Assembly (NCBI GenBank): GCA_046350735.1
Contig: JAXLZU010000001.1
Span: 140,530-204,529 of the forward strand
DNA from: Candidatus Saccharimonadota bacterium
Lineage (GTDB): Bacteria; Patescibacteriota; Saccharimonadia; CAILAD01; BJGX01
Direction of reading: 5' to 3'
DNA length: 64,000 nucleotides
Made by a program: the position numbers and the translations under genes
The notes under the pieces: generated by a model
Database searches by the model: none
What the model was told of the DNA's origin: nothing
What the model saw: the letters and a program-made list of their open reading frames with translations, nothing else
Part shown: positions 28,570 through 38,294 of the stretch, piece by piece
How positions within the stretch are numbered: position 1 is the first letter of the stretch
Layout: each line of letters starts with the position of its first letter

Positions 28570-29859
28570 ATGAAATATAAGACCCATCTAATATCTTTAA
28601 AAAATGGTGCTAGTCTTTTGGCTATTGATGTAGCAGATACTAAGAAGTTTTTATTTAACTCATGTTTTAGGGCTGGCTGGGATTATACAGAACCATCAAA
28701 GCAAGAGCTAGCACATTTATTAGAGCACTTAGCCTTTTGTGGTAATTCAAAATACAAAACTGAGGAAGCACTTTCATATGAGGCAGAAAAATATGGTGTA
28801 AGGTTTAATGCGAATACATCTGATCATCTAATTAGGTATTATTATAATGGTGGTATTAATGAGTATGAACATATTATAGATTTAGCTACTGCACAAATTG
28901 GTAAACCAATTTTTTCAAAAAAAGACATTGATAATCAAAAAAAAGTTGTTGCCGTAGAACTTTCTAGAAAAAAGGATAACGACTCAGATAGATGTGGTTA
29001 CCTGGCAAGTCAAACAATAATGACAAAGTTTTTGTCCATAGATGAAAGAATTGCGTCTCTCAATAATATTAATCGAAAAGATATAGTTAAATATTTTAAT
29101 CAATACCATGTAGCTCAAAATTTATATTTTATTATAGCTGGTGATCTCAGCAGTGGAAGACTATCAAATATCGAATCTATTTTAAATAAGTTTTTAGAAA
29201 CATATAGAACAGGTGAAAAACAAAAATGGAATAAGAAAAATCTAGGGAAATTTAATAAACAGATACTAGTTCAAGATTCTAAGTTAGAAGCAGAACAACA
29301 TTTTGAATTACACTTTACTAAAAAGAATTACAATAAACAATTAGAGGCACCAATGAAGATATTTAATACTCTTTTGGGTGTTGGATTTGGTGCTAGATTA
29401 TTTACAAAAACACGCCAAGAAGGATTGAGTTACGGTGCGCATTCCTATTTTGAAATAGACGAAGATTATAGTTACTTTATTATAAAAGACCGAACTCAAC
29501 CTAAAAATACTACTAGACTATTCGACATTTGCGTAAGTGAAGTTGCAAAAATTTTGGATGGTAAATTTACTAAGGAAGAGTGGGAAAGAGCAAAGGGTTT
29601 TTGTTTAGCTTCTTTAGAAATTGGATTTGAAACACCGGATGATCTTGAATATTGGTTTGACACAGACTTTTTAGAAGATAAGCCACTTGAGACACCAGAT
29701 AGTTTTATTAATAAACTCAAAAAAGTGCAACCAAAAGATATCACAAAACTCAGAAATTCATTTTTTAAAGACTCAGAATGGCTTGTATCATTAGTGGGTA
29801 AGGATATTGGTAAAGATCAAGCAAAATATAAGCAAATTGTTGAAAAGTATTTTGGTTAG
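28570..29859 (+). CDS. M16 (pitrilysin)-family zinc peptidase
   Basis: The inverted zinc-binding motif HxxEH is present in 'LAHLLEHLAFCGNSKY'; 429 aa. Confidence 0.7.
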   Translation: MKYKTHLISLKNGASLLAIDVADTKKFLFNSCFRAGWDYTEPSKQELAHLLEHLAFCGNSKYKTEEALSYEAEKYGVRFNANTSDHLIRYYYNGGINEYEHIIDLATAQIGKPIFSKKDIDNQKKVVAVELSRKKDNDSDRCGYLASQTIMTKFLSIDERIASLNNINRKDIVKYFNQYHVAQNLYFIIAGDLSSGRLSNIESILNKFLETYRTGEKQKWNKKNLGKFNKQILVQDSKLEAEQHFELHFTKKNYNKQLEAPMKIFNTLLGVGFGARLFTKTRQEGLSYGAHSYFEIDEDYSYFIIKDRTQPKNTTRLFDICVSEVAKILDGKFTKEEWERAKGFCLASLEIGFETPDDLEYWFDTDFLEDKPLETPDSFINKLKKVQPKDITKLRNSFFKDSEWLVSLVGKDIGKDQAKYKQIVEKYFG

Positions 29860-31103
29860 TTAATTAATTCAGAGATTTTTATCATTTCTTTTTTGCCTGT
29901 TGCTCGGTCTACAATCTCTACAGAATCTGTTTCTAGTGTCTTTTTAGAAATAATTATTTGGTTAGGAATACCAATAAGGTCGGCGTCACCAAATTTTTCA
30001 CCTGGGCTTACATCAATACGGTCGTCAAAGAGACAGGTATCTACACCAAGTGTAGAGTATATCTTTTCGCCTGCATCTATATTAGCTTTATCTGGCAATG
30101 CAATAATATGGTATTTGTATGGAGAGACATTTTCGGGCCATACCAACCCTTTTGTGTCTGCAAATTTTTCTGCAATAACACCCATTAGGCGAGATATGCC
30201 AATACCATAACTACCCATCCAAACTAATTTGCGCTGATTGTCTTTGTCGGTATAGTTGTAGTCTAATAGCTCAGAATATTTGGTACCCAATGGAAAAATA
30301 TTACCAACCTCACTAGCCTTTAGTTGCTCGAGCTTGCTAAAATCTACACCGAGTTTTTTAGCATCTTCTGGTGTGGTTACTTCTTTATTGTAGGCAATAT
30401 TATTTTTTCGATCTAAATATATAACATCCTCACCGCTTTCTAAAATGGTCTGAAACTCATGTGAATATTCTTTAGTAAAATCGCCACCAGATGCCAGGGT
30501 AATAAATGTGTCGCTTGCAAGACCAAGTTTTTTATATACTGCTAAATATCGTTCTTTGGCTATTTCGTAAAACTCTTTTAGACTTTCTTCTGTTGTATGA
30601 AAACTATACAGATCTTTCATAATAAATTCACGCCCTCGCAATAGACCAGATTTTGCACGGGCTTCATTGCGGAATTTAGTTTGAATTTGGTAGGTAGCAA
30701 AAGGTAGATCTTTATAACTAGCGGCATATTGTTTGGCAATAGGAGTAATAATATCTTCGTGGGTAGGATTAAGAATGTATTCGGCTGTACTTTTTTGCAA
30801 AGCAACTTCGTTAGCAGCCTTAGTACTCATTAGTACATCTACACTATCGTGACGTTTGGTAGCTTGCCATCTCTCTCTTGGAGATAGAGAAGTAAGATGT
30901 AGTTCTGTAGCTATTTTGTTCATTTCTTCTCTTACAATAGACTCAATATTTTGAATTACTCGCCAGCCTAATGGTAAGAATGCATATGCTCCAGCTAGTT
31001 CTTGATAAATAAACCCAGCCCGAATTAATAACTTAGCATTAATTGATTCAGTTTCTGTTGAAACGGTTTTTGAGGTCTTGGTAAAGTTTTGAGAAAATTT
31101 CAT
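29856..31103 (-). CDS. proS: Proline--tRNA ligase (short form without an editing insertion)
   Basis: Class II motif 2 'FRNEARAKSGLLRGREFIMKDLYSF', motif 3 region 'GSYGIGISRLMGVIAE', C-terminal anticodon-binding region; 415 aa. Confidence 0.8.
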   Translation of the reverse strand: MKFSQNFTKTSKTVSTETESINAKLLIRAGFIYQELAGAYAFLPLGWRVIQNIESIVREEMNKIATELHLTSLSPRERWQATKRHDSVDVLMSTKAANEVALQKSTAEYILNPTHEDIITPIAKQYAASYKDLPFATYQIQTKFRNEARAKSGLLRGREFIMKDLYSFHTTEESLKEFYEIAKERYLAVYKKLGLASDTFITLASGGDFTKEYSHEFQTILESGEDVIYLDRKNNIAYNKEVTTPEDAKKLGVDFSKLEQLKASEVGNIFPLGTKYSELLDYNYTDKDNQRKLVWMGSYGIGISRLMGVIAEKFADTKGLVWPENVSPYKYHIIALPDKANIDAGEKIYSTLGVDTCLFDDRIDVSPGEKFGDADLIGIPNQIIISKKTLETDSVEIVDRATGKKEMIKISELIN

Positions 31104-31144
31104 GTTCTTATTATCTTATGGAACAGATAGTAAAGCAATAAAAA

Positions 31145-32323
31145 TTACTTTTTCATTAAAACCTCTATGCCTGGTAATTTCTTGCCCGACAATAGTTCGA
31201 GACTAGCCCCACCGCCAGTTGAGACAAAACTAAAGTGAGAGTGCAAACCAGCACCATCTATATATGCAGCTGTATCACCACCACCAATAATAGTTTTAGC
31301 ATCACTACTAATCATGGCATGCGCCAAACTTTCAGATGCTTTGGCGAGAGTAGGAACTTCGGCGCGTCCAAGTGTACCATTCCAAAATACCGTTTTACTA
31401 CCAGCGATAACCTCATTAAATAAATCCATGGTTTCAGGACCAAGATCGAGTGTAATTTCTTGTGGTTTTAGCTGATTAATCTTGGTGGTTCGTAGGTCTT
31501 TTTTGCCATTAACATCTTTTGCAACAACTACGTCACTGGGGAGTAGTAGGCGAACTTTACGTCGCTTGGCGGCAGCGATAATCTTTTTGGCATCAGCAAA
31601 CGAATCTTTTTCTACAAGACTAGCTTGCATATTATTACCAAGTGCTGCCAAAAAAGTATTGGCCATTGCACCGCCTATTAGCAATGCATTAACGTGTTTA
31701 AGAAGTTCATTGAGTACTTCTATCTTGTCCGATATTTTAGCCCCACCAATAACTGCTGTGTATGGTTTGGCTGGAGACTTCATAAGTTCTGTAATAGTAT
31801 TATATTCTCGCTCTAACAAAAGCCCTGCAGCATGAGGAAGAATTTTAGGAACACCAACGATACTTGCGTGTGCCCGGTGAACGGCTGCAAAGGCATCGTC
31901 TATATAGCAATCGGCAAGTGCGGCTAGGTCTTTGGCAAATTGCTTGTCATTATCTTCTTCGCCTTTATGAAATCGTAAATTTTCGAGAAGTAATATATCG
32001 CCGGTACGTAGATATTTTGCTTCACTTTCTACCTCGCTGCCCACACAATTATCAACAAAAATAACATCTCTATTAAGTAGCTTGGGTAATAGTTTGGCAA
32101 CTGGTCTTAGACTTAACGCATCAACAACTCTACCATTAGGTCTTCCATTATGACTAGCTAAAATTATCGAACAGTCTTGCTCTAATAAGTATTCAATAGT
32201 TGGTAAGCTTGATCGTACCCGAAACTCATCGGTAACTTCGCCGTCATTAACAACATTATAATCTACCCGTAGAAATACTTTCTTGCCGGCAAAATCGACA
32301 TTATCGAGCGTAAGCAGTTTCAT
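31145..32323 (-). CDS. pgk: Phosphoglycerate kinase
   Basis: 'KKVFLRVDYNVV', 'ILASHNGRP', 'GGGDTAA', 'STGGGASLELL'. Confidence 0.95.
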   Translation of the reverse strand: MKLLTLDNVDFAGKKVFLRVDYNVVNDGEVTDEFRVRSSLPTIEYLLEQDCSIILASHNGRPNGRVVDALSLRPVAKLLPKLLNRDVIFVDNCVGSEVESEAKYLRTGDILLLENLRFHKGEEDNDKQFAKDLAALADCYIDDAFAAVHRAHASIVGVPKILPHAAGLLLEREYNTITELMKSPAKPYTAVIGGAKISDKIEVLNELLKHVNALLIGGAMANTFLAALGNNMQASLVEKDSFADAKKIIAAAKRRKVRLLLPSDVVVAKDVNGKKDLRTTKINQLKPQEITLDLGPETMDLFNEVIAGSKTVFWNGTLGRAEVPTLAKASESLAHAMISSDAKTIIGGGDTAAYIDGAGLHSHFSFVSTGGGASLELLSGKKLPGIEVLMKK

Positions 32324-32351
32324 TTAGTCATTATATCAAAGAATGATACTC

Positions 32352-33263
32352 TTACGGTAGCAATAGAGCATTTCTAACTCGAGGCATGGTATAGCGATTG
32401 GCTGATGATTGCATGGTATCAGAATGTGTAGTAACAGCAGTTAAAAACCCAGCCTTTTTTACAAGCTCTATTGTTACCTGATCGTACTTTCCGTATGGGT
32501 AGGCAAAAGTAGTAACCGCTATATTATACATATCTTCTAGTCGGTTCTTACTCTCGAGTATTTCTTGCAACTGTTCTTTTTCTACCAAACTTGGTAGATC
32601 GGGGTGATTGAGTGTATGTGCGCCTATCTCAATAAGTCCAGTGTCGTGCAAAGTTTTTAATTGGGTCCAATTTAGATAACTATCGCCACAATTGAGATTG
32701 GTACGTGACAAACCAATACAGTAATTGCTTCTCTCGCCTCCAAGGATAATATAATATGTAGCCTTCATATTATATCTTTCTAACAGAGCAAAACTCTTTA
32801 GTTGATCTTCAAATCCATCATCAAAGGTAATAACAACTGGTTTAAAAGGAAGTGGCGTACCCTTATATAAAAATTCACTTACCTCTCGCATAGAAACTGT
32901 TTGATAGCCATGGCTTTGTAAGTGCTGTAGCTGCTCTTCAAAATTATTTGGTGTGTAGTGATACATCAATACAGGTATATTGGCAGAAAAATTCTCTCTT
33001 GGAACACTCGGTATTGGTTCTGGGCCGGCAAAAGCAGTCTGGCCAAAAACTTTTGGCTTGTTTAGTTCTACGTTATATTGTTTGAGAGAAATATGAGAAC
33101 GAGCGGGCGGTATTGATACAATAAAGTACACACATGAGAAAAGTAGCAAAACAAAAATAGCCCCAACTAAACCGATAATAGATATTGTGTGTGGCCCGGT
33201 ATTACTGGTTTGATTCTTTTCAAAATCAAACTCAACCTCAGGATGAAGTAATAAAAGAGACAT
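32352..33263 (-). CDS. Membrane-anchored polysaccharide deacetylase (NodB homology domain)
   Basis: N-terminal TM helix. 'VVITFDDGFEDQ' (the NodB motif 1 DD), 'ATYYIILGG', 'HTLNHPDL'. Confidence 0.75.
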   Translation of the reverse strand: MSLLLLHPEVEFDFEKNQTSNTGPHTISIIGLVGAIFVLLLFSCVYFIVSIPPARSHISLKQYNVELNKPKVFGQTAFAGPEPIPSVPRENFSANIPVLMYHYTPNNFEEQLQHLQSHGYQTVSMREVSEFLYKGTPLPFKPVVITFDDGFEDQLKSFALLERYNMKATYYIILGGERSNYCIGLSRTNLNCGDSYLNWTQLKTLHDTGLIEIGAHTLNHPDLPSLVEKEQLQEILESKNRLEDMYNIAVTTFAYPYGKYDQVTIELVKKAGFLTAVTTHSDTMQSSANRYTMPRVRNALLLP

Positions 33264-33303
33264 TTATTAGTTAGTATACTTGGCAGGTAAGTTATTTTCG
33301 AGC

Positions 33304-34782
33304 TTAAGGGGAAAGCTGTGGGCCAGGAGGCGGTGTTGGTGAAGTGGGTGGTGTAGGCATTTGTGCGGTAGGTGGTAATTGAGTTGCGGGTGCAGGCGCA
33401 ACTTGAGTAGCTGGAGCAGTAACAGGGTTTTGAGTTTGGTTAGTATTTGACATCGAGGTACTTGCCTCAGACGGTTGGGCTACAGGGTTGGTTTTTTCAG
33501 TTGCTGCCGGTGCTGGTGCTGCCTGTGGTGGTGTTGTGCCAGCACTAGCTTGGTTGGCATCTAGGTCAGCCTGAATTTCTAATAGCCGATTATATTTTGC
33601 TACTCGCTCGCCACGCATTGGTGCTCCAAGTTTCATACCCATTGCACCTACACCATAGGCTAAGTCGACAACAAAATCGTCATTGGTTTCACCGCTTCTA
33701 TGACTAATGATAATTTTTGCTTTCGAAGCTCGTGCAGCCTTAATAGCTTCAAACGTTTCGGTAATAGTGCCGACTTGATTAGGCTTAATAATTACTCCAT
33801 CAAAAAGCTCTGATTTTTGTAGCTCTTCTATTCTTTCTTTATTGGTAACTGTATAATCGTCGGCAATAATGAGAAATGGTTTTTCTGGTCTTGGCAGAGT
33901 TTTTAGTAGCTCAATACCTTCTACATCATTTTCGGCAAAAGGATCTTCGATAGAAAAAATTGGAAATTTTGTATTCCAAGACTCGTAGAGTTTTAGTAAA
34001 TCACTAGCATGTAATTGTTGGTTTTCGATTGCATACAGGCCATCTTTATAAAATGTGTTAGCTGCAGCATCGAGTGCAATATCAAACTTTTCTTGCATCT
34101 TAGAGTTGAGCTGACTAAATGCTTCTAATATAACCTCGGTATTTGTACCAATTGGTGCCAGACCTCCTTCGTCACCCACCAGTTTTGCAGAAGGACCATA
34201 GAGGTTTTGCATAACTTTTTGTATTGTATGATACACATTGTAAATAACTTTTATTGCATCGCTTGGTGTATTGGTGGCAGGTACCACCATATATTCCTGT
34301 ATGTCCAAACCAGGCGCATGCTTGCCACCACCAATTATATTAGCAAATAGACGAGGAAATTCTGGTGTGGTTTGGTTGGTTTCAGCAATGTATTGCCAAA
34401 GCGGCTTTTCATTTTCTAACGCACTAAGCTTTAAGTAGGCACCAGAAAGGCCCAATAATGTATTTCCACCAAGGTTGGCTTTTTTTTCTGAACCGTCTAG
34501 GGCAATTAGTAAGCCATCAAAGTCGTCTTGTTGGTTGAGTGGGTAGCCAATAAATTTAGGAGCAATTACTTGAGTAATAATGTCTAGGCAGCTAGTTACA
34601 CCCTTGCCATTAAAATCGGCACCACCATCACGTTTTTCGGCGGCTTCGTTAGCACCACGGCTGGCACCAGCTGGCACAGCAAATTCCGCACTATTGCCAG
34701 AGTCAGAAACCATTCTAACCATAATAGTAGGTTCGCCACGACTATCGAGTATTTGGTAGGGGGTAATTTGCTTAATATTCAT
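33304..34782 (-). CDS. eno: Enolase with a ~80-aa Pro/Ala/Thr/Gln-rich C-terminal extension
   Basis: Enolase core ('ITPYQILDSRGEPTIMV', 'SHRSGETNDDFVVDLAYG', 'KYNRLLEI'), then the tail 'TPPQAAPAPAATEKTNPVAQPSEASTSMSNTNQTQNPVTAPATQVAPAPATQLPPTAQMPTPPTSPTPPPGPQLSP'. Confidence 0.95.
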   Translation of the reverse strand: MNIKQITPYQILDSRGEPTIMVRMVSDSGNSAEFAVPAGASRGANEAAEKRDGGADFNGKGVTSCLDIITQVIAPKFIGYPLNQQDDFDGLLIALDGSEKKANLGGNTLLGLSGAYLKLSALENEKPLWQYIAETNQTTPEFPRLFANIIGGGKHAPGLDIQEYMVVPATNTPSDAIKVIYNVYHTIQKVMQNLYGPSAKLVGDEGGLAPIGTNTEVILEAFSQLNSKMQEKFDIALDAAANTFYKDGLYAIENQQLHASDLLKLYESWNTKFPIFSIEDPFAENDVEGIELLKTLPRPEKPFLIIADDYTVTNKERIEELQKSELFDGVIIKPNQVGTITETFEAIKAARASKAKIIISHRSGETNDDFVVDLAYGVGAMGMKLGAPMRGERVAKYNRLLEIQADLDANQASAGTTPPQAAPAPAATEKTNPVAQPSEASTSMSNTNQTQNPVTAPATQVAPAPATQLPPTAQMPTPPTSPTPPPGPQLSP

Positions 34783-34833
34783 AGGGAATAACTTACTTAA
34801 AGTATACCATAAGCAGTATAGGCAAAAAAATAG

Positions 34834-35844
34834 CTATACAGTATTGGTTGGCATCTGTTTAAAGAAGTTAGAAATATTCTCTAGAGTAGTTATATTAATT
34901 CTTTCGATAGCTTCTTTAGAATTAAACGCATTGTGTGGCGTAATAATTACATTGGGCATTTTTTCTAGTACCATTTGCTCGACCGCATAGTCAAAACCCC
35001 GAAGACTTTTATTATGTAGTAGCTCGCTTTCTTCATTTAGTAATAATAGATTTTCACCCTCTACCACATCAAGTCCGGCTCCGCCGAGCTTACCACTTGC
35101 TAGTACGGCAACTAATGCCTTGGTATCAACTAGTTCGCCTCGTGATGTGTTAATTAATATGGCCCCCTTCTTCATAGAAGCAAATGCTTGTGTATTAATA
35201 AGGTGTTTGTTCTCACCAGTATATGGTGCATGGAGAGTAATAATATCAGCACTTGCAAAAAGCTCATGTAGGTTAACATAGCGCAAGTTATAGTCGTTTT
35301 CGAGATTATTATTAGGAAAAGGATCGTACGCTATTACTGGCATACTAAACCCATTAGCAATACGAATAACGTGTTGACCAATACTACCGGTACCAATTAC
35401 ACCCAGCGTTTTACCACTTAAGTCAAAACCAGTTAGCACAGAGTGATCTATCTTGCCAGATTTGTTTTGTTCGACTGAAGGAAAGACCTTTCGACTGAGT
35501 GCTAAGAGTAGCATAAATGTGTATTCTGCTACAGTATTTTCTCCATAGCGAGGGGCATTTGAAACTGTTATATTAGCTTTTTTTGCTGCCTCTACATCTA
35601 TATTGTCATAGCCTGTTGTACGAGCAGCAATAAACTGCAAATGCGGCAAAGCATGCATAACAGCGGCACTAACCTTACTCGCTACATGAACACTAATAAC
35701 GTTGGCATTTTCTGCCAGTTGAATATTTTGCTCACTTATTGGCTCTTTATAAAATACCAATTCAGCACCAAAATTACGTAAATGATGAGAAAAGTACCGG
35801 TGGTCGGCAGGAGTAGAATCGAAAAATACAAATCGGTTTTTCAT
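34834..35844 (-). CDS. D-isomer-specific 2-hydroxyacid dehydrogenase family (candidate glycerate/hydroxypyruvate or phosphoglycerate dehydrogenase)
   Basis: NAD-binding 'GKTLGVIGTGSIGQHV'. Catalytic-domain blocks 'ILINTSRGELVD' and 'GAGLDVVEGE'. Confidence 0.8.
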   Translation of the reverse strand: MKNRFVFFDSTPADHRYFSHHLRNFGAELVFYKEPISEQNIQLAENANVISVHVASKVSAAVMHALPHLQFIAARTTGYDNIDVEAAKKANITVSNAPRYGENTVAEYTFMLLLALSRKVFPSVEQNKSGKIDHSVLTGFDLSGKTLGVIGTGSIGQHVIRIANGFSMPVIAYDPFPNNNLENDYNLRYVNLHELFASADIITLHAPYTGENKHLINTQAFASMKKGAILINTSRGELVDTKALVAVLASGKLGGAGLDVVEGENLLLLNEESELLHNKSLRGFDYAVEQMVLEKMPNVIITPHNAFNSKEAIERINITTLENISNFFKQMPTNTV

Positions 35845-35862
35845 AGGGGATAGTGTTTTTGC

Positions 35863-37128
35863 TTATCTTCTTAATACTACTATAAAATCTGATATATTAG
35901 CAGTGACTTTACGGATTTTAAAAATCCCCTGAATCTTCTTGAGTGTGATATAACTTCTATTCATTTCTACAGCTTCGGTAGGATTAGCATCAATTTGTTC
36001 TATCTTCCACACTGAATAGTCATCATCCACCAGTCCGCCTGCCACGGGAATATTGTCTTTTCCATCGCTAGCACACGACATTATGGCAGAATTTTCTGGT
36101 AAAAAGGGCATAGCAGAAAGGGCAACATCTTGATTGCGACCACCTTTTCCTGGGTGGGTTACGTGCACTTGTGTTTCACCACAAGCTAGTAGGGCTTGCC
36201 CAGGAGTAACCGATTGTGCCATTTGTGGACCAACATTTTTTGCAAAACCAGTGAGGGCTTTAGAATATATTTTGGGAGAGTAGCCAAGCTCGACCGCCTT
36301 GGTTTTCATAGCGTATAGAGCTGTTTCACCACTTGCCAAGACAATATTATTTACGTGTTCAAAATACTTTTGGTCTTTAGGGGTTTCGACAAAATCGAGA
36401 TTTGCTAAGCCATATTTTTTTCCAAGTGCCCTAGCATCGGCAATTGTTGTGGTATCTCTTACTGTTGGCCCCGAAGCAATCATATCTATCTTATTGCCAG
36501 GTACGTCAGATACTATCAAACTTAATACGTGGGCAGGGTAGGCATATTTTGCTAAATAACCACCATGAATTTCGCTTAAATGTTTTCGAATGGTATTTAT
36601 CTCAGTAATACTTGCACCACTTTTTAGTAGATGATCTCCCACAGCCTGAAGATCGGTACAGGTAATTTTGTTACAGGGCCGACAAATAAGTGAGCTACCA
36701 CCTCCACAAATTATAGTAATTACCAAATCGTCTTTTGTGGCCTTGGTGAGTAGTTTTACTATTTCATTGGTTGCTGCAATATTTTTATTTGAAGGAAGTG
36801 GGTGTGTGCCCTTATATGACTTAATTTTGCCGAGCCATTGTTTTTCGATATCAATAACCACACCACCACTAAGCATGTTGCTTGGAATAGTCTTTAAAAT
36901 CGATTTAGTAGCTCGCGCTGACCCCTTACCAAGCCCAATAATATATATTTTTTTATAAATATCTAAGTTAAACTCGTGCATACCAATACACAGTTTTTTT
37001 TGTTCCATAGAGCAGACATTCTGAAAAAGCCGATTAATTTCTATGGCTTCATAGCCCGCCTCGGCAATTAATAATGCATCGCGTCGAACTTCGTTAACGC
37101 CAAGTTTTGAGAAATTTTTGATTATCAT
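35863..37128 (-). CDS. Glycerate 2-kinase (MOFRL / GckA-TtuD family)
   Basis: 'IICGGGSSLI' and C-terminal MOFRL block 'LACGETQVHVTHPGKGGRNQDVALSAMPFL'; 421 aa. Sits in an operon with eno and pgk. Confidence 0.65.
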   Translation of the reverse strand: MIIKNFSKLGVNEVRRDALLIAEAGYEAIEINRLFQNVCSMEQKKLCIGMHEFNLDIYKKIYIIGLGKGSARATKSILKTIPSNMLSGGVVIDIEKQWLGKIKSYKGTHPLPSNKNIAATNEIVKLLTKATKDDLVITIICGGGSSLICRPCNKITCTDLQAVGDHLLKSGASITEINTIRKHLSEIHGGYLAKYAYPAHVLSLIVSDVPGNKIDMIASGPTVRDTTTIADARALGKKYGLANLDFVETPKDQKYFEHVNNIVLASGETALYAMKTKAVELGYSPKIYSKALTGFAKNVGPQMAQSVTPGQALLACGETQVHVTHPGKGGRNQDVALSAMPFLPENSAIMSCASDGKDNIPVAGGLVDDDYSVWKIEQIDANPTEAVEMNRSYITLKKIQGIFKIRKVTANISDFIVVLRR

Positions 37129-37333
37129 AATTATACTTATGTTTATTATAACAATTTCGTTTGTAGAATTGGTTTTATTGCCAAGAGAAAAACCTCCAAG
37201 TACAACTTGAAGGTTTTTCTTGAATATACAGTATCTATAAATTCTATGGTGAACCTAAAGGGGGCTGATTCCGAAACCTTTTATCGTGATCTGGAGGAAT
37301 TGGCAAACAAGCTGGCTACACAGGAGGGTCACA

Positions 37334-37732
37334 ATGTTTAGTTTACTCCGTAGAGCACCAAAAGCCACACTGACAAATACCTCGCTGTACAATGAGCAGT
37401 CCTTCTATAACGCATTTGTACGAGATGTAAAACAAGCGCAATCAACGGTCGTTATAGAAAGCCCCTTCTTGACCGAAAAAAGAGCACTGTATTTTGCAAG
37501 GTTATTCAACAAACTGGCCAGAAAAGGTGTGAGAGTCCGCGTAAATACCCGCAACCCACGCCACCATGATAAATCACTGGAGATACAAGCTTGGAAATCC
37601 ATCAGGATCCTGAGAAATAACGGGGTTAAGGTCTACTTCTTTAGCGATATGCGCCACCGCAAGCTGGCAATCATAGATCAACAAAATTTTATGGGAGAGT
37701 TCGCTCAATATCTTGTCGCAGGTACTCAGTAA
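37334..37732 (+). CDS. PLD-family (HKD motif) Nuc-like domain protein, possibly C-terminally truncated
   Basis: Start chosen at 'MFSLL' after RBS 'aggaggg'. 'MRHRKLAIID' fits HxK(x)4D. The ORF ends about 20 aa after the HKD motif, without the usual GSxN block. Confidence 0.4.
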   Translation: MFSLLRRAPKATLTNTSLYNEQSFYNAFVRDVKQAQSTVVIESPFLTEKRALYFARLFNKLARKGVRVRVNTRNPRHHDKSLEIQAWKSIRILRNNGVKVYFFSDMRHRKLAIIDQQNFMGEFAQYLVAGTQ

Positions 37733-37831
37733 AGAAATTATGCGCCGAACCAACTCAGCCGAACTAGCCCGTCAAATGGCATCGTTCACAAAAATACACA
37801 GTCGGTTTTGGTGATATACTAAAGATCAACT

Positions 37832-38038
37832 ATGAAGGACGATTACAAGATAAACGAAGAAGACATCCAAAAGGTTATAAAGTACCTTGAGTTTCACGAT
37901 CCTAAAAATGCCGACCGTGAATACGCCATTGAATTTATCCAGGCAATGCAGATTGAGGGCAACGAAATAGCTCGAACTGACGAGAAGCTAGCCGAGGCAA
38001 TCCGTGACTTTACTCGCAAGAAAGAAGAGGACAGCTAA
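37832..38038 (+). CDS. Small hypothetical acidic protein
   Basis: 68-aa ORF. No motif recognised. Confidence 0.3.
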   Translation: MKDDYKINEEDIQKVIKYLEFHDPKNADREYAIEFIQAMQIEGNEIARTDEKLAEAIRDFTRKKEEDS

Positions 38039-38256
38039 GCCCTGTTAGGGAAGATATCCGAAGCCTTAACACCTAACGCAGCAAATATCTCATACAGCGT
38101 TTCAACCGAGGCGATAGCTACCCCTTGCTCTAAGGTAGCGTAGTAATTGGTAGTCAGACCAACCTTTTCGGCAACATCTTTTTGGGTGTAATGCCGGGCT
38201 TTACGAGCCTTTTGCAGGTTCGCGCCAATTGTTTTCCTGAGTTTTGCTTCGTTCAT
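38035..38256 (-). CDS. XRE-family helix-turn-helix transcriptional regulator
   Basis: 'KARHYTQKDVAEKVGLTTNYYATLEQG' is the HTH_3 signature; 73 aa. Confidence 0.75.
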   Translation of the reverse strand: MNEAKLRKTIGANLQKARKARHYTQKDVAEKVGLTTNYYATLEQGVAIASVETLYEIFAALGVKASDIFPNRA

Positions 38257-38294
38257 ATGTACTATCCTAATTCTACACCAGACTGTAGCAGATA

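Noticed and set aside
37180-37212. Hairpin 'aaaaacctccaag-tacaa-cttgaaggttttt' as the island attachment site
   Set aside because: It is an ordinary A/T-flanked stem-loop with one mismatch, just outside the GC shift, with no counterpart at the other island end. More likely a terminator or insulator for the adjacent operon.
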